Assembly (NCBI GenBank): GCA_048938445.1
Contig: JBHLME010000058.1
Coordinates: 1 to 26,624, forward strand
Direction of reading: 5' to 3'
Source of the DNA: Promethearchaeota archaeon
GTDB lineage: Archaea; Asgardarchaeota; Lokiarchaeia; Sigyniarchaeales; SOKP01
Length of the DNA stretch: 26,624 bases
Position numbers and translations under genes: made by a program. Of the stretch, positions 1 to 8,198 are shown one piece after another; the first letter of the stretch is position 1, and each line of letters begins with the position of its first letter. The notes under the pieces were generated by a model. That model ran no database searches and was not told the DNA's origin. It was given only the letters and a program-made list of their open reading frames with translations.

Positions 1-195
1 TTTATAAGAAGAATACAATAACAAGATCGAATTAAAAAAATATATCATTCCTCCTCCAAATAAGAAATAATTAATAGGTATATAATCAACTATAACTTCA
101 TTATGGGGGAGAAATCCAGATATACAGAAAAGAATTGAATAAAAAATATAAAGCAATGAGAACAAGATCATTCCTTTTGCTTTTTTAGATTTCAC
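1..195 (-). CDS. Uncharacterised 4-TM-module membrane protein, array paralog (3' part runs off the window)
   Basis: Not in the ORF track. Manual translation from GTG at 195 gives MKSKKAKGMILFSLLYIFYSILFCISGFLPHNEVIVDYIPINYFLFGGGMIYFFNSILLLYSSYK, open to base 1 and co-linear with the N-terminus of the 286..804 protein. Confidence 0.9.
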   Translation of the reverse strand, partial: MKSKKAKGMILFSLLYIFYSILFCISGFLPHNEVIVDYIPINYFLFGGGMIYFFNSILLLYSSYK

Positions 196-285
196 CTTTT
201 ATCATGGTAGGATTTTCAATTTTATCAAGTTTTTGTATTTAATTTTAATATTTTTTGTTGTATTCACACGATATATTCAGTATTA

Positions 286-804
286 TTATACTTGGGAATA
301 TTGTTTAGAAGTATGTATAGATTCTCCATATTTTTGGTAATAATCAGTATCCTGTTTTGTATATAAATAAATATAATAAAATAGTATAAATATAGTCATT
401 ATTACTAAAGCGGTCAATGATAGCGAAGCTAATAAAAAACCCTCGTATGACCAAAGAGGGGTATTTGTTTCGTATGGATAATAATACGTAATTCTACTAT
501 ACATGACAACAGATATTAACATTACTATTGACACTATAGTAATTAATATTCCTATAATCATCACTATTCTAAGATAACGTAGATATTTCTCTTTAAGCCA
601 ATCATTACGTTTATAAGAAGAATACAATAGCAAGATCGAATTAAAAAAATAAATCATTCCTCCCCCAAAGAAGTAATAATTAAAAGGTAAAGTTCCACCT
701 ATTACTTCATAGTGGGGGAGAAATCCAGATATATAGAAAAGAATTGAACAAAAAATATAAAACAATGAGAACAAGATCATACCTATTGGTTTTTTAGATT
801 TCAT
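286..804 (-). CDS. Uncharacterised membrane protein with a single 4-TM module
   Basis: 172 aa with four hydrophobic segments. Motifs ISGFL, NYxxFGGG, EKYLRYLR and YYQKYGESI are shared with the neighbouring ORFs. Confidence 0.9.
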   Translation of the reverse strand: MKSKKPIGMILFSLFYIFCSILFYISGFLPHYEVIGGTLPFNYYFFGGGMIYFFNSILLLYSSYKRNDWLKEKYLRYLRIVMIIGILITIVSIVMLISVVMYSRITYYYPYETNTPLWSYEGFLLASLSLTALVIMTIFILFYYIYLYTKQDTDYYQKYGESIHTSKQYSQV

Positions 805-860
805 CTTTTGGTTAGGTAAGGATTTATCATTTTATTATATCTATTTTTCATAATAATCCT

Positions 861-893
861 TTTTTAATATAAATCTAATAGAGTCCAATTTTT
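861..893 (-). promoter_or_regulatory. TATA-like box plus imperfect palindromic operator-like site (copy A)
   Basis: tttttaatataaatctaatagagtccaattttt aligns without gaps to 2111-2143, 3209-3241 and 6514-6545. Palindrome centre at 883. Confidence 0.6.
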
Positions 894-1037
894 GCTTTTT
901 TTATAAAAATGTATTATATAAGTCAATCTCATTAAATATTAATTTCAAGGAACAAGCGATAAGATGTTATTCTGACTCCTCATCATGCTTTTAAATGTGA
1001 TTATTGTTTTAATATTCAAACCCTATTTTTAATATTC

Positions 1038-2066
1038 TTATACCTGAGCTAATTCTTTAGAAGTATATATTGATTCTCCATATTTTTGGTAATATTCAAC
1101 TTCATCTTTTTTATATAATATTACATAATAAAAAAATATGAAAAAGGTGAGTAATGCAAGAATAATTAAAGAATACATTCCTAAATTATATCCCATGTAT
1201 AACCAAGGATATTCATATGTTTCCAATCCACCATTCATTACAGAAACATATTGCATACTAAGAAGAAATATTATGGTTACCGCAAAAAATGCGGTTGTGG
1301 CTATTCCTATTATGAGAATCACTTTTAGATAACTTAAATATTTTTCTTTAAGCCATATTTTACGTTTAATAGTAGTATAAAATAATAAAAAAGAGATAGT
1401 AATATACAGCGCACCCCCTACTATCATTGGATAATTTAATATGATTTCTGATTCTTCACCTGATAAGTCAGGTTGGGGCAAAAATCCAGCGATAAAAAAC
1501 ACAATTGCACAGATGAAATAAATCAATGAAAAAAACCACATGTACATGATTTTCTTCTCTTGCTTCCTTTCTTGATGAGTAGTATGATCATTTTGATATA
1601 CTGCGATGTAATTAATAAATATAAAAACATTTACTAAAACAAGAATGAGTACAGAAATATTACCTAATAAATTACCGCCATATGAAAAAATATGGCTTTC
1701 TAAATCATATATACGTTCTTCATAAGGGGTAAACATGTTGATAAGATATTCCATTAAACCAGCAGCACATAAAACTATTATAAGAAATGTGGTCGTAGCT
1801 ATTCCAATAATAATGATTGGTCTTAAATATCTTAAATATTTTTCCACATTCCAATTCTTAAGATTATTAGCAGATAATAACAATAAAACAGAAGTAAAGA
1901 TACATGAAATTCCTCCTCCAAAAAATAAAAAATTTAAAGGTATACTCAAAGATTTAAATATATATTGTTTTAAAAATCCAGATATGAAGAAAAGTATAGC
2001 ACAGAATGTGTATAACACTGAGAAAAAAAACAGGTATGTTCTTTTATTATCCTGCATTTTGGTCAC
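1038..2066 (-). CDS. Uncharacterised membrane protein with two tandem 4-TM modules
   Basis: 342 aa with an internal duplication (FFISGFL..GGG..EKYLRYL versus FFIAGFL..VGG..EKYLSYL). Comparison with the paralog suggests the true start is the ATG at 2057 (MQDNKR). Confidence 0.9.
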   Translation of the reverse strand: MTKMQDNKRTYLFFFSVLYTFCAILFFISGFLKQYIFKSLSIPLNFLFFGGGISCIFTSVLLLLSANNLKNWNVEKYLRYLRPIIIIGIATTTFLIIVLCAAGLMEYLINMFTPYEERIYDLESHIFSYGGNLLGNISVLILVLVNVFIFINYIAVYQNDHTTHQERKQEKKIMYMWFFSLIYFICAIVFFIAGFLPQPDLSGEESEIILNYPMIVGGALYITISFLLFYTTIKRKIWLKEKYLSYLKVILIIGIATTAFFAVTIIFLLSMQYVSVMNGGLETYEYPWLYMGYNLGMYSLIILALLTFFIFFYYVILYKKDEVEYYQKYGESIYTSKELAQV

Positions 2067-2110
2067 TTGATTTTTTTTGTTAGAATTTCATTATTTATTA
2101 TTATTTCCAA

Positions 2111-2143
2111 TTTATAATAAAATACTATTGGAGTTCAATTTTT
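2111..2143 (-). promoter_or_regulatory. TATA-like box plus palindromic operator-like site (copy B)
   Basis: attgga-g-ttcaat at 2127-2139 next to tttataataaaa, upstream of the 342-aa gene. Confidence 0.65.
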
Positions 2144-2182
2144 AATTCTCTATTATATTTTTTTAGTATAATCAATAAATTC

Positions 2183-3166
2183 TTAATATTTTTGATAATA
2201 TTCAACTTCACTTTTTCTATTTAATATGATAAAATAAAAAAATAAGAAAATGGTCAGTAATGCAAGAATAATTAAAGAATATGTGCCTAAAATATAACCC
2301 TCGTATAACCAAGGAAAGAAATATGTTTCAATACCACCTAAATACCTGGAAAAAGATTCATTAATAAGAAATATCAATAAAATAAATGTAAAATATGCGG
2401 TTGTTACTATTGCTATTATTAGGATTGCTTTTAAATAATTAAAATATTTATCTTTAATCCAATTTTTTCGTTTAAATGTAGAATAAAATAATAAAAAAGA
2501 AATAGTAAAATACAGAACGCCCCCAACAATTATTAGATAATTTAACAAATTATCCAATTCTATATCCAATAATTCAGGATGGTGTAAAAATCCCGCAATA
2601 AAAAACAGAATTGAACAGATGAGATAAATCGATGAGAATAATAACATGTTAGTGTTTTTTTTCTCTTGCTTCTTTTCTTGATAAGCAATATAATCATTTT
2701 GATATACTGATAAGTAATTAATTATTACAAAAAAAGTCACTAAAGTAAGAACGATTGTAGAAATTAAACCTAAAGAAGAACCTTCAAATGATAAAATGTG
2801 TCTTTCTAAATTATATATACGTGTTTCGAATGGACTATATACATTGATAATATATTCCCATAAACCCGCAGTACTTAAAACTATTATAAAAAATGCGATG
2901 ATGGCAATTCCAATAATGATGATTGGTCTGAGATACCTTAAATATTTCTCTCTCTGCCAATATTTAAGATTATAAGCAAATATAAATAATAGGATAGAGT
3001 TAAAGAGACATGAAAATCCTCCTCCAAAAAACAAATAATTAAATGAAATCATCCAAACTCTAAAATTATATATTGGTAAAAATCCAGATATGAAGAAAAG
3101 TATGGCACAGAACGCATACAACAATGAGAAAAAAAAAAGATATATTCTTTTATTATCTTGCATCAT
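2183..3166 (-). CDS. Uncharacterised membrane protein with two tandem 4-TM modules and a shortened C-terminal tail
   Basis: 327 aa, a full-length paralog of 1038..2066. It stops at YYQKY* where the paralogs continue GESI..QV. Confidence 0.9.
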   Translation of the reverse strand: MMQDNKRIYLFFFSLLYAFCAILFFISGFLPIYNFRVWMISFNYLFFGGGFSCLFNSILLFIFAYNLKYWQREKYLRYLRPIIIIGIAIIAFFIIVLSTAGLWEYIINVYSPFETRIYNLERHILSFEGSSLGLISTIVLTLVTFFVIINYLSVYQNDYIAYQEKKQEKKNTNMLLFSSIYLICSILFFIAGFLHHPELLDIELDNLLNYLIIVGGVLYFTISFLLFYSTFKRKNWIKDKYFNYLKAILIIAIVTTAYFTFILLIFLINESFSRYLGGIETYFFPWLYEGYILGTYSLIILALLTIFLFFYFIILNRKSEVEYYQKY

Positions 3167-3175
3167 GGTTACTTG

Positions 3176-3240
3176 GATTTCTATCTTTATTATATTATTA
3201 ATTTTTGATTTATAATAAAAGGTAATTGGAGTCCAAAATT
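3176..3240 (-). promoter_or_regulatory. Leader, TATA-like box and perfect palindrome TTGGA-G-TCCAA (copy C)
   Basis: Palindrome at 3226-3236 and tttataataaaa at 3209-3220, upstream of the ATG at 3166. Confidence 0.7.
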
Positions 3241-3339
3241 TGATTTTAATTAAAATTCAATTTATAATTTTTTTCAATATCTTGATTATGATATTTCGCT
3301 TGGGAAAAAATTTGTTTTATAGATTGATTCACTAATTTT

Positions 3340-3425
3340 TTCAGAGATAATCATTAGAAAAAGAAAGTGATTCCTTATACTTGATCTAAAATGAAATTCT
3401 TATATTAATTTAAATTATCTCTGAA
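3340..3425. repeat. Perfect 12-bp inverted repeat with a 62-bp spacer
   Basis: ttcagagataat (3340-3351) and attatctctgaa (3414-3425). Confidence 0.55.
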
Positions 3426-3664
3426 GAATAATATAGATATATCAATTAGGGTAATAATCCTTTAATTTAGAAATAAAATCATATCTCTTATATCTGACAT
3501 ATTTAGTAAATGAAAGAATTTCTCATTTTCATCAAATTTTTTAATAATATTTGATTTAAAATAATGTTTAAATACAGAAAACAAAATATTTCAGTCATTA
3601 TTATATATTCTCTTGATTTTAAAGATATTTTAGAAATTTTATTTAATGTTTATTTTTTTAATAG

Positions 3665-3764
3665 GTTTAACCAAAATTTTATAGATCTTTTTTTTAATTA
3701 ATCTATTCACATATTTATTGTAAAATCTTTCTAATTATGTAGTTAAGTTTAACCAAAAATTTTA
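3665..3764 (+). repeat. 17/18-bp direct repeat upstream of the flippase-like gene
   Basis: gtttaaccaaaatttta (3665-3681) and gtttaaccaaaaatttta (3747-3764). Confidence 0.55.
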
Positions 3765-3854
3765 CTTCTATTAAATTTTATACTGGTTATTGCTTGGCTA
3801 TATTTTTCTTTAAGTAATATTTAATACTAATATCATGTTTTTTTAATTCTGACA

Positions 3855-4898
3855 ATGGAAGATAAAAGTTATCATAAATTAATTTCTTGGTTAAGAAGGA
3901 ACTATCAAGTAATTATAGGATTAATTACAATATGTCTTATTGTTTTAATGATTTTATTTGTAGATTTTATAAATTTATTAAATAAAATAATCTTAATTGG
4001 TTTATATGGAACGATTTTATTTGTAATTGTTTATACCTTTACATTCATTTTAAGATCATATAAATTGAAATTAATTTTTATAGGTCTTAACCGAAAAGTT
4101 TCATACTCGATATGTTATTTCTCTATTGGAACGGCTTTTGCTATTAATGAGGTAATTCCTGCTAAAATCGGTGATTTAGCAAAAATTGTATTTCTTAAAG
4201 AGCATGGTAATTTAAAACTTAGTGAGTCCTTTGGAGGAACCGCAATTGAAAGGGCATTAGATCTCTTTATTTTATTTTTTATCAGCCTTTTTGCTTTAAT
4301 ATATATTTCAATCATTAAAATTGACGAAAGTGACACAATAACTCTATTTGGTTTTAGTTTACAATTTTATATAATATTAGCAACCATTGTAATATTTGTT
4401 GTTCTTACATTTTTAATATTGATATTATTTAAAACTGATTTTTGTTTAGGTATTGTTGGAAAAATTTCTAAAAAAATAGAAAATTACTTTAGAAATTTCA
4501 TAACAAATCTTAAAGGAGCTATAAGAAGTTTTAAAGAACACAAAAAAGAATTTTTGGTTGTTTTAATATTAAGTTGTGTAATTTGGATAATAGAAGCTTT
4601 TATAGGCATTATATTTTTTTACTTAGTAGGATTTAATCTCAATTTTTTTATATTGATTTTGGCGTTACTGTTTACTTATTTTAGTAAATCATTCCCCATT
4701 ACTCCTGAAGGATGGGGAATTTCAGAAAATTTAGGGGCAATTTTTGTTTTAATCTTTTATCCTAGTATTCCATATTTGGATCTACTGTCTATCTTTATTA
4801 TTGAACATTTATTTAGAAGTGCATATATATTTTTTTATGGAGGATATTCAATATTCCATTTTAATTTTAATTTAAAACATATTAAACAAATTAAATAA
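3855..4898 (+). CDS. Lysylphosphatidylglycerol synthase TM-domain (UPF0104) flippase-like membrane protein
   Basis: Polytopic protein with family motifs NEVIPAKIGDLAK, ERALD and PITPEGWGISE. Confidence 0.85.
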   Translation: MEDKSYHKLISWLRRNYQVIIGLITICLIVLMILFVDFINLLNKIILIGLYGTILFVIVYTFTFILRSYKLKLIFIGLNRKVSYSICYFSIGTAFAINEVIPAKIGDLAKIVFLKEHGNLKLSESFGGTAIERALDLFILFFISLFALIYISIIKIDESDTITLFGFSLQFYIILATIVIFVVLTFLILILFKTDFCLGIVGKISKKIENYFRNFITNLKGAIRSFKEHKKEFLVVLILSCVIWIIEAFIGIIFFYLVGFNLNFFILILALLFTYFSKSFPITPEGWGISENLGAIFVLIFYPSIPYLDLLSIFIIEHLFRSAYIFFYGGYSIFHFNFNLKHIKQIK

Positions 4899-4948
4899 AA
4901 ACATTTGATTTTAATATTTAAGAACATAATTACTTTATAATAATAAAA

Positions 4949-6442
4949 ATGAGCAAAACTACTATAGCTAATGGTGAAAAGAGTGCGATAAAACAAGAAT
5001 TAGATATATTACTCATTAATCCTCCAAATTTATATACACAAAAAGAAAGTATTTGGGTAGAAGTTGATTCTAATTTTCCACCTTTAGGTCTTGCAGATAT
5101 CGCAGGATACTTAAGAGAAAAAGAGTATAAGATTGAAATATTAGATAGCAATTTAAATTGCCCCTCAGTGGAAATGTTCCATCAATTTTTTATTAAGAAC
5201 TATGTTTCAAGATTTAGTTCAATAAAAATTATTGGAATAACTTCGGCAACCGTTCAGATTAAAAAAGCTTATTTGATTGCCAAAATTACTAAAAAGTATT
5301 TTCCCAAATCATTGATTGTATTTGGTGGCGTGCACACAACATTTGTTACTGAAGAAGTAATTAAGAATAAATATGTGGATATCGCAGTAATTGGAGAAGG
5401 TGAATTAACACTTGAAGAAATTATTAGCGATAAATCTCTTGATCAAATCTCTGGAATAGCTTATAAAAAATACTCTGGCGACGATTATGAAATAATTTAC
5501 ACTGATTCTAGAACTAGAATTAAGGATCTAGATTCTTTACCAATGCCCGCATACGATTTATTACAAATTGAGAGGTATAAACCTGCAATAGGTTCATACA
5601 AACGATTACCTGCAATGAGTATGATGACTTCTCGAGGATGCCCTGGGAAATGTACATTTTGTGAAAAAACACTTGGTAACAGGTTAGTATATAAATCTGC
5701 TGAAACAATTTTTAAAGAAATTAAGTATCTTATAAAGAATTATGGTATAAAGCAAATCCAATTTTATGACGATACATTTACTACTCATAAAAATAATGTT
5801 ATAGATTTATGTAAGAAAATATTAAGCGAAAAAGTCGATATAACATGGACCTGTTTTTCCAGAGTTGATTTTATTAATTTTAAAATGTTAAAATATATGA
5901 AAAATGCAGGATGTCATCAAATAATGTATGGCGTTGAAACTATTGACGAAACTGTATTGAAAAATATAAATAAAAAAATTAATGTTTCCCAAATAATCAA
6001 AGCTGTGAAATGGACAAAAAAAGTAGGTATAGAATGTCGGTTAGCGTTTATGGTAGGGAATCCCGGTGATACAAAAGAAAATATTATGAAAAATATTTCA
6101 TTTGTAAATCTTTTAAATCCAGATTACTTAATTGTTAATATTACTACACCATATCCAGGAACAGAAATGTTTAAATGGGCAAAAGAAAAAAATTTAATCT
6201 TAACATATAATTGGGATGATTATGATTTATCCAAACCGATAATGAAGCTAGAAAATTTAAATGAAAACGAAATTAAAGATTTATACCAATTAATGTTTAG
6301 AAAATTTTACTTTAGACCACGTTATATTTTAAAACGAATATTTTCCATCAAATCAGTGGGAGATATAAAGATATTACTTGAAGGTTTTAATTCAATAACT
6401 TCTTTTTTTAGAAAGAGATTATCTAAAAAAATTCAAGGATAA
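4949..6442 (+). CDS. Cobalamin-binding radical SAM protein
   Basis: N-terminal B12-binding region (LLINPP, PPLGL, GGVHTT, GEGE), SRGCPGKCTFC (CxxxCxxC), FYDDTF, YGVET and TPYPGT. Confidence 0.93.
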   Translation: MSKTTIANGEKSAIKQELDILLINPPNLYTQKESIWVEVDSNFPPLGLADIAGYLREKEYKIEILDSNLNCPSVEMFHQFFIKNYVSRFSSIKIIGITSATVQIKKAYLIAKITKKYFPKSLIVFGGVHTTFVTEEVIKNKYVDIAVIGEGELTLEEIISDKSLDQISGIAYKKYSGDDYEIIYTDSRTRIKDLDSLPMPAYDLLQIERYKPAIGSYKRLPAMSMMTSRGCPGKCTFCEKTLGNRLVYKSAETIFKEIKYLIKNYGIKQIQFYDDTFTTHKNNVIDLCKKILSEKVDITWTCFSRVDFINFKMLKYMKNAGCHQIMYGVETIDETVLKNINKKINVSQIIKAVKWTKKVGIECRLAFMVGNPGDTKENIMKNISFVNLLNPDYLIVNITTPYPGTEMFKWAKEKNLILTYNWDDYDLSKPIMKLENLNENEIKDLYQLMFRKFYFRPRYILKRIFSIKSVGDIKILLEGFNSITSFFRKRLSKKIQG

Positions 6443-6446
6443 TAAT

Positions 6447-6473
6447 CTAAATTCTTTTTGATTGGTTCAACAA
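6447..6473 (-). pseudogene. 8-codon 5' relic of a further 4-TM array paralog
   Basis: TTG TTG AAC CAA TCA AAA AGA ATT TAG = LLNQSKRI*, versus MMQDNKRIY in 2183..3166. It lies at nearly the same distance from a homologous promoter. Confidence 0.5.
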
Positions 6474-6480
6474 TCTTATT

Positions 6481-6545
6481 GATTTCTTACTTTATTGTAT
6501 AATTTATTTTCGATTTATAATATATGACAATTAGAGTCTAATTTT
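6481..6545 (-). promoter_or_regulatory. Orphan copy of the array leader, TATA-like box and palindrome (copy D)
   Basis: 6481-6541 matches 3176-3236 at 49 of 61 positions without gaps (hand alignment). Perfect palindrome aattaga-g-tctaatt at 6529-6543. Confidence 0.7.
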
Positions 6546-6567
6546 ACATTTAAGTAAAATTTGTTGA

Positions 6568-8115
6568 TTATAAATCAATCTCATTAAAAATTAAATCCAT
6601 AGAATGGACGATAAGATTATAATTTGATTTATAATTCCCTTTTAAGAGGTAATTATTTAATGCAGTGAAATTTTTAAAACTTGGAGAGCAAATAATAGCT
6701 CCAGCAAATCTTTCTGGGGCACCTATTTCACTGGTTTTAAGGCAATAAACCAATTCTCCCTGAGGACTTTCTACTTGCATTATTGCTATTTTATTTTTAG
6801 GTAATACCAAGTTCTTATCGTCAAATATCTCAATTTCGCTATCATCATCGATTAGTTTAGTTATAAGATAATCAATAATTTTGATAGTCTGTTCCATTTC
6901 CCAAATTCTGGTTTCTATTCGTGAAAAGACATCTCCATTTCGAGATGTAACTATATTCCATTCCTTTACTAAATCATCATCTATGTAAGATAAATAAGGT
7001 TTTTCAAAACGGATATCATAATTTATTCCTGAAGCTCTCAAACAAGAACCCGTGACTCCAGCATTTAATGCCTCATCTCTTCCTAAAATACCTATTCCTT
7101 CACATCTATTTCTTAAATGGTTTCTATAAACGGTATATTTTATGAGATTAAATACCTTTTTAAATAACTTGGTTAAAATTAATTGAAAATTTAATAAATC
7201 ACCATTAGGGAAATCTTTGCAATAACCAATAAAATTTATTTCATCGAAGAATCGTATTTTTAAGTGAGTTTTAACGGAATTTTGAAATTGATTTCTTAAA
7301 CTCATTAAATTTATGTACATCTTTCTATATTTTAGTAATTTGAATAAATTTATAAACCATAATAATAAGCTCTCAAAACGTTCAAGCTCGCAAAATACCG
7401 TTCTTATCTGTTTGACTCTATTTTGAACCTTTATTTCCATTAATTGTTCAAGGCACATGATATAAGACAAATTATGATGATAACTACTAATATAACAGAT
7501 TCTCTTGGTCAATTTAACATTATCTTTAAATGATAAATTAGATAATAATGGAATGATACCACGATATAACCACCCTGTTTTTTCTATAACAGTTTGGATC
7601 TTATTTCTTTTACATAATAAATTAAAATAATTTCTTAAATTCGGATTTTTACTATATATTCCAATTGGGATATAATAATTTAATTTTATTTCCGATTCAA
7701 AAGGTGTTGGGATAGAAAAAGGTTCTATTTCTATACTATTAGAAATATATTTAAAACTCAAACCAAACCTTTTTTCAATCTCATTCTCATAATATTTTGC
7801 TTGGGGGAATATATGGTTAATAGAATTGATTGAATGATTATTATCAATTAAAACCATTAAAAATAGAAATTTAAATGTTTTATCTAATCTATAATAAAAT
7901 TCATACATTAATTGAAATTTTTCAGTAAAATCCAAAACTGAAATATTAATTAATTTGAGTTGTCTTTCACTAAAAAATAGTGCGATATCTCTAATTCTTA
8001 ATTCATTTATTAAATAAATGAGATGATCTCTATCTTCAATTTTTTTAATTATATCTGACTTAAAGTACTGTTCAAAAATGGAATAAAAATTATTGGAATT
8101 CATTTTATCATTCAT
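6568..8115 (-). CDS. Fused NuoC/NuoD-like (complex I 30/49 kDa, group 4 hydrogenase large subunit-related) protein lacking the NiFe ligands
   Basis: NuoC-like FPQAKYYENEIEKRFGLSF. NuoD/HycE-like GWLYRG, RTVFCELER, GVTGSCLRASGINYDIR, GDVFSR, VESPQGE and SPSFKN, ending in SMDLIFNEIDL. Confidence 0.85.
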   Translation of the reverse strand: MNDKMNSNNFYSIFEQYFKSDIIKKIEDRDHLIYLINELRIRDIALFFSERQLKLINISVLDFTEKFQLMYEFYYRLDKTFKFLFLMVLIDNNHSINSINHIFPQAKYYENEIEKRFGLSFKYISNSIEIEPFSIPTPFESEIKLNYYIPIGIYSKNPNLRNYFNLLCKRNKIQTVIEKTGWLYRGIIPLLSNLSFKDNVKLTKRICYISSYHHNLSYIMCLEQLMEIKVQNRVKQIRTVFCELERFESLLLWFINLFKLLKYRKMYINLMSLRNQFQNSVKTHLKIRFFDEINFIGYCKDFPNGDLLNFQLILTKLFKKVFNLIKYTVYRNHLRNRCEGIGILGRDEALNAGVTGSCLRASGINYDIRFEKPYLSYIDDDLVKEWNIVTSRNGDVFSRIETRIWEMEQTIKIIDYLITKLIDDDSEIEIFDDKNLVLPKNKIAIMQVESPQGELVYCLKTSEIGAPERFAGAIICSPSFKNFTALNNYLLKGNYKSNYNLIVHSMDLIFNEIDL

Positions 8116-8198
8116 GATTGCACATTTTATTAATTTTAAGCATAATATAAAATTTTTATTTAATGCTTTCTATCATGTAGATTTTGTTGAATTTTGAA

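Noticed and set aside
1138-2070. Plus-strand ORFs 1138..1332 and 1735..2070
   Set aside because: Antisense shadows of the conserved 342-aa membrane gene, with no recognisable motifs.
6568-8115. Calling the NuoCD-like protein a functional [NiFe] hydrogenase
   Set aside because: Three of the four Ni-ligating cysteines are absent.
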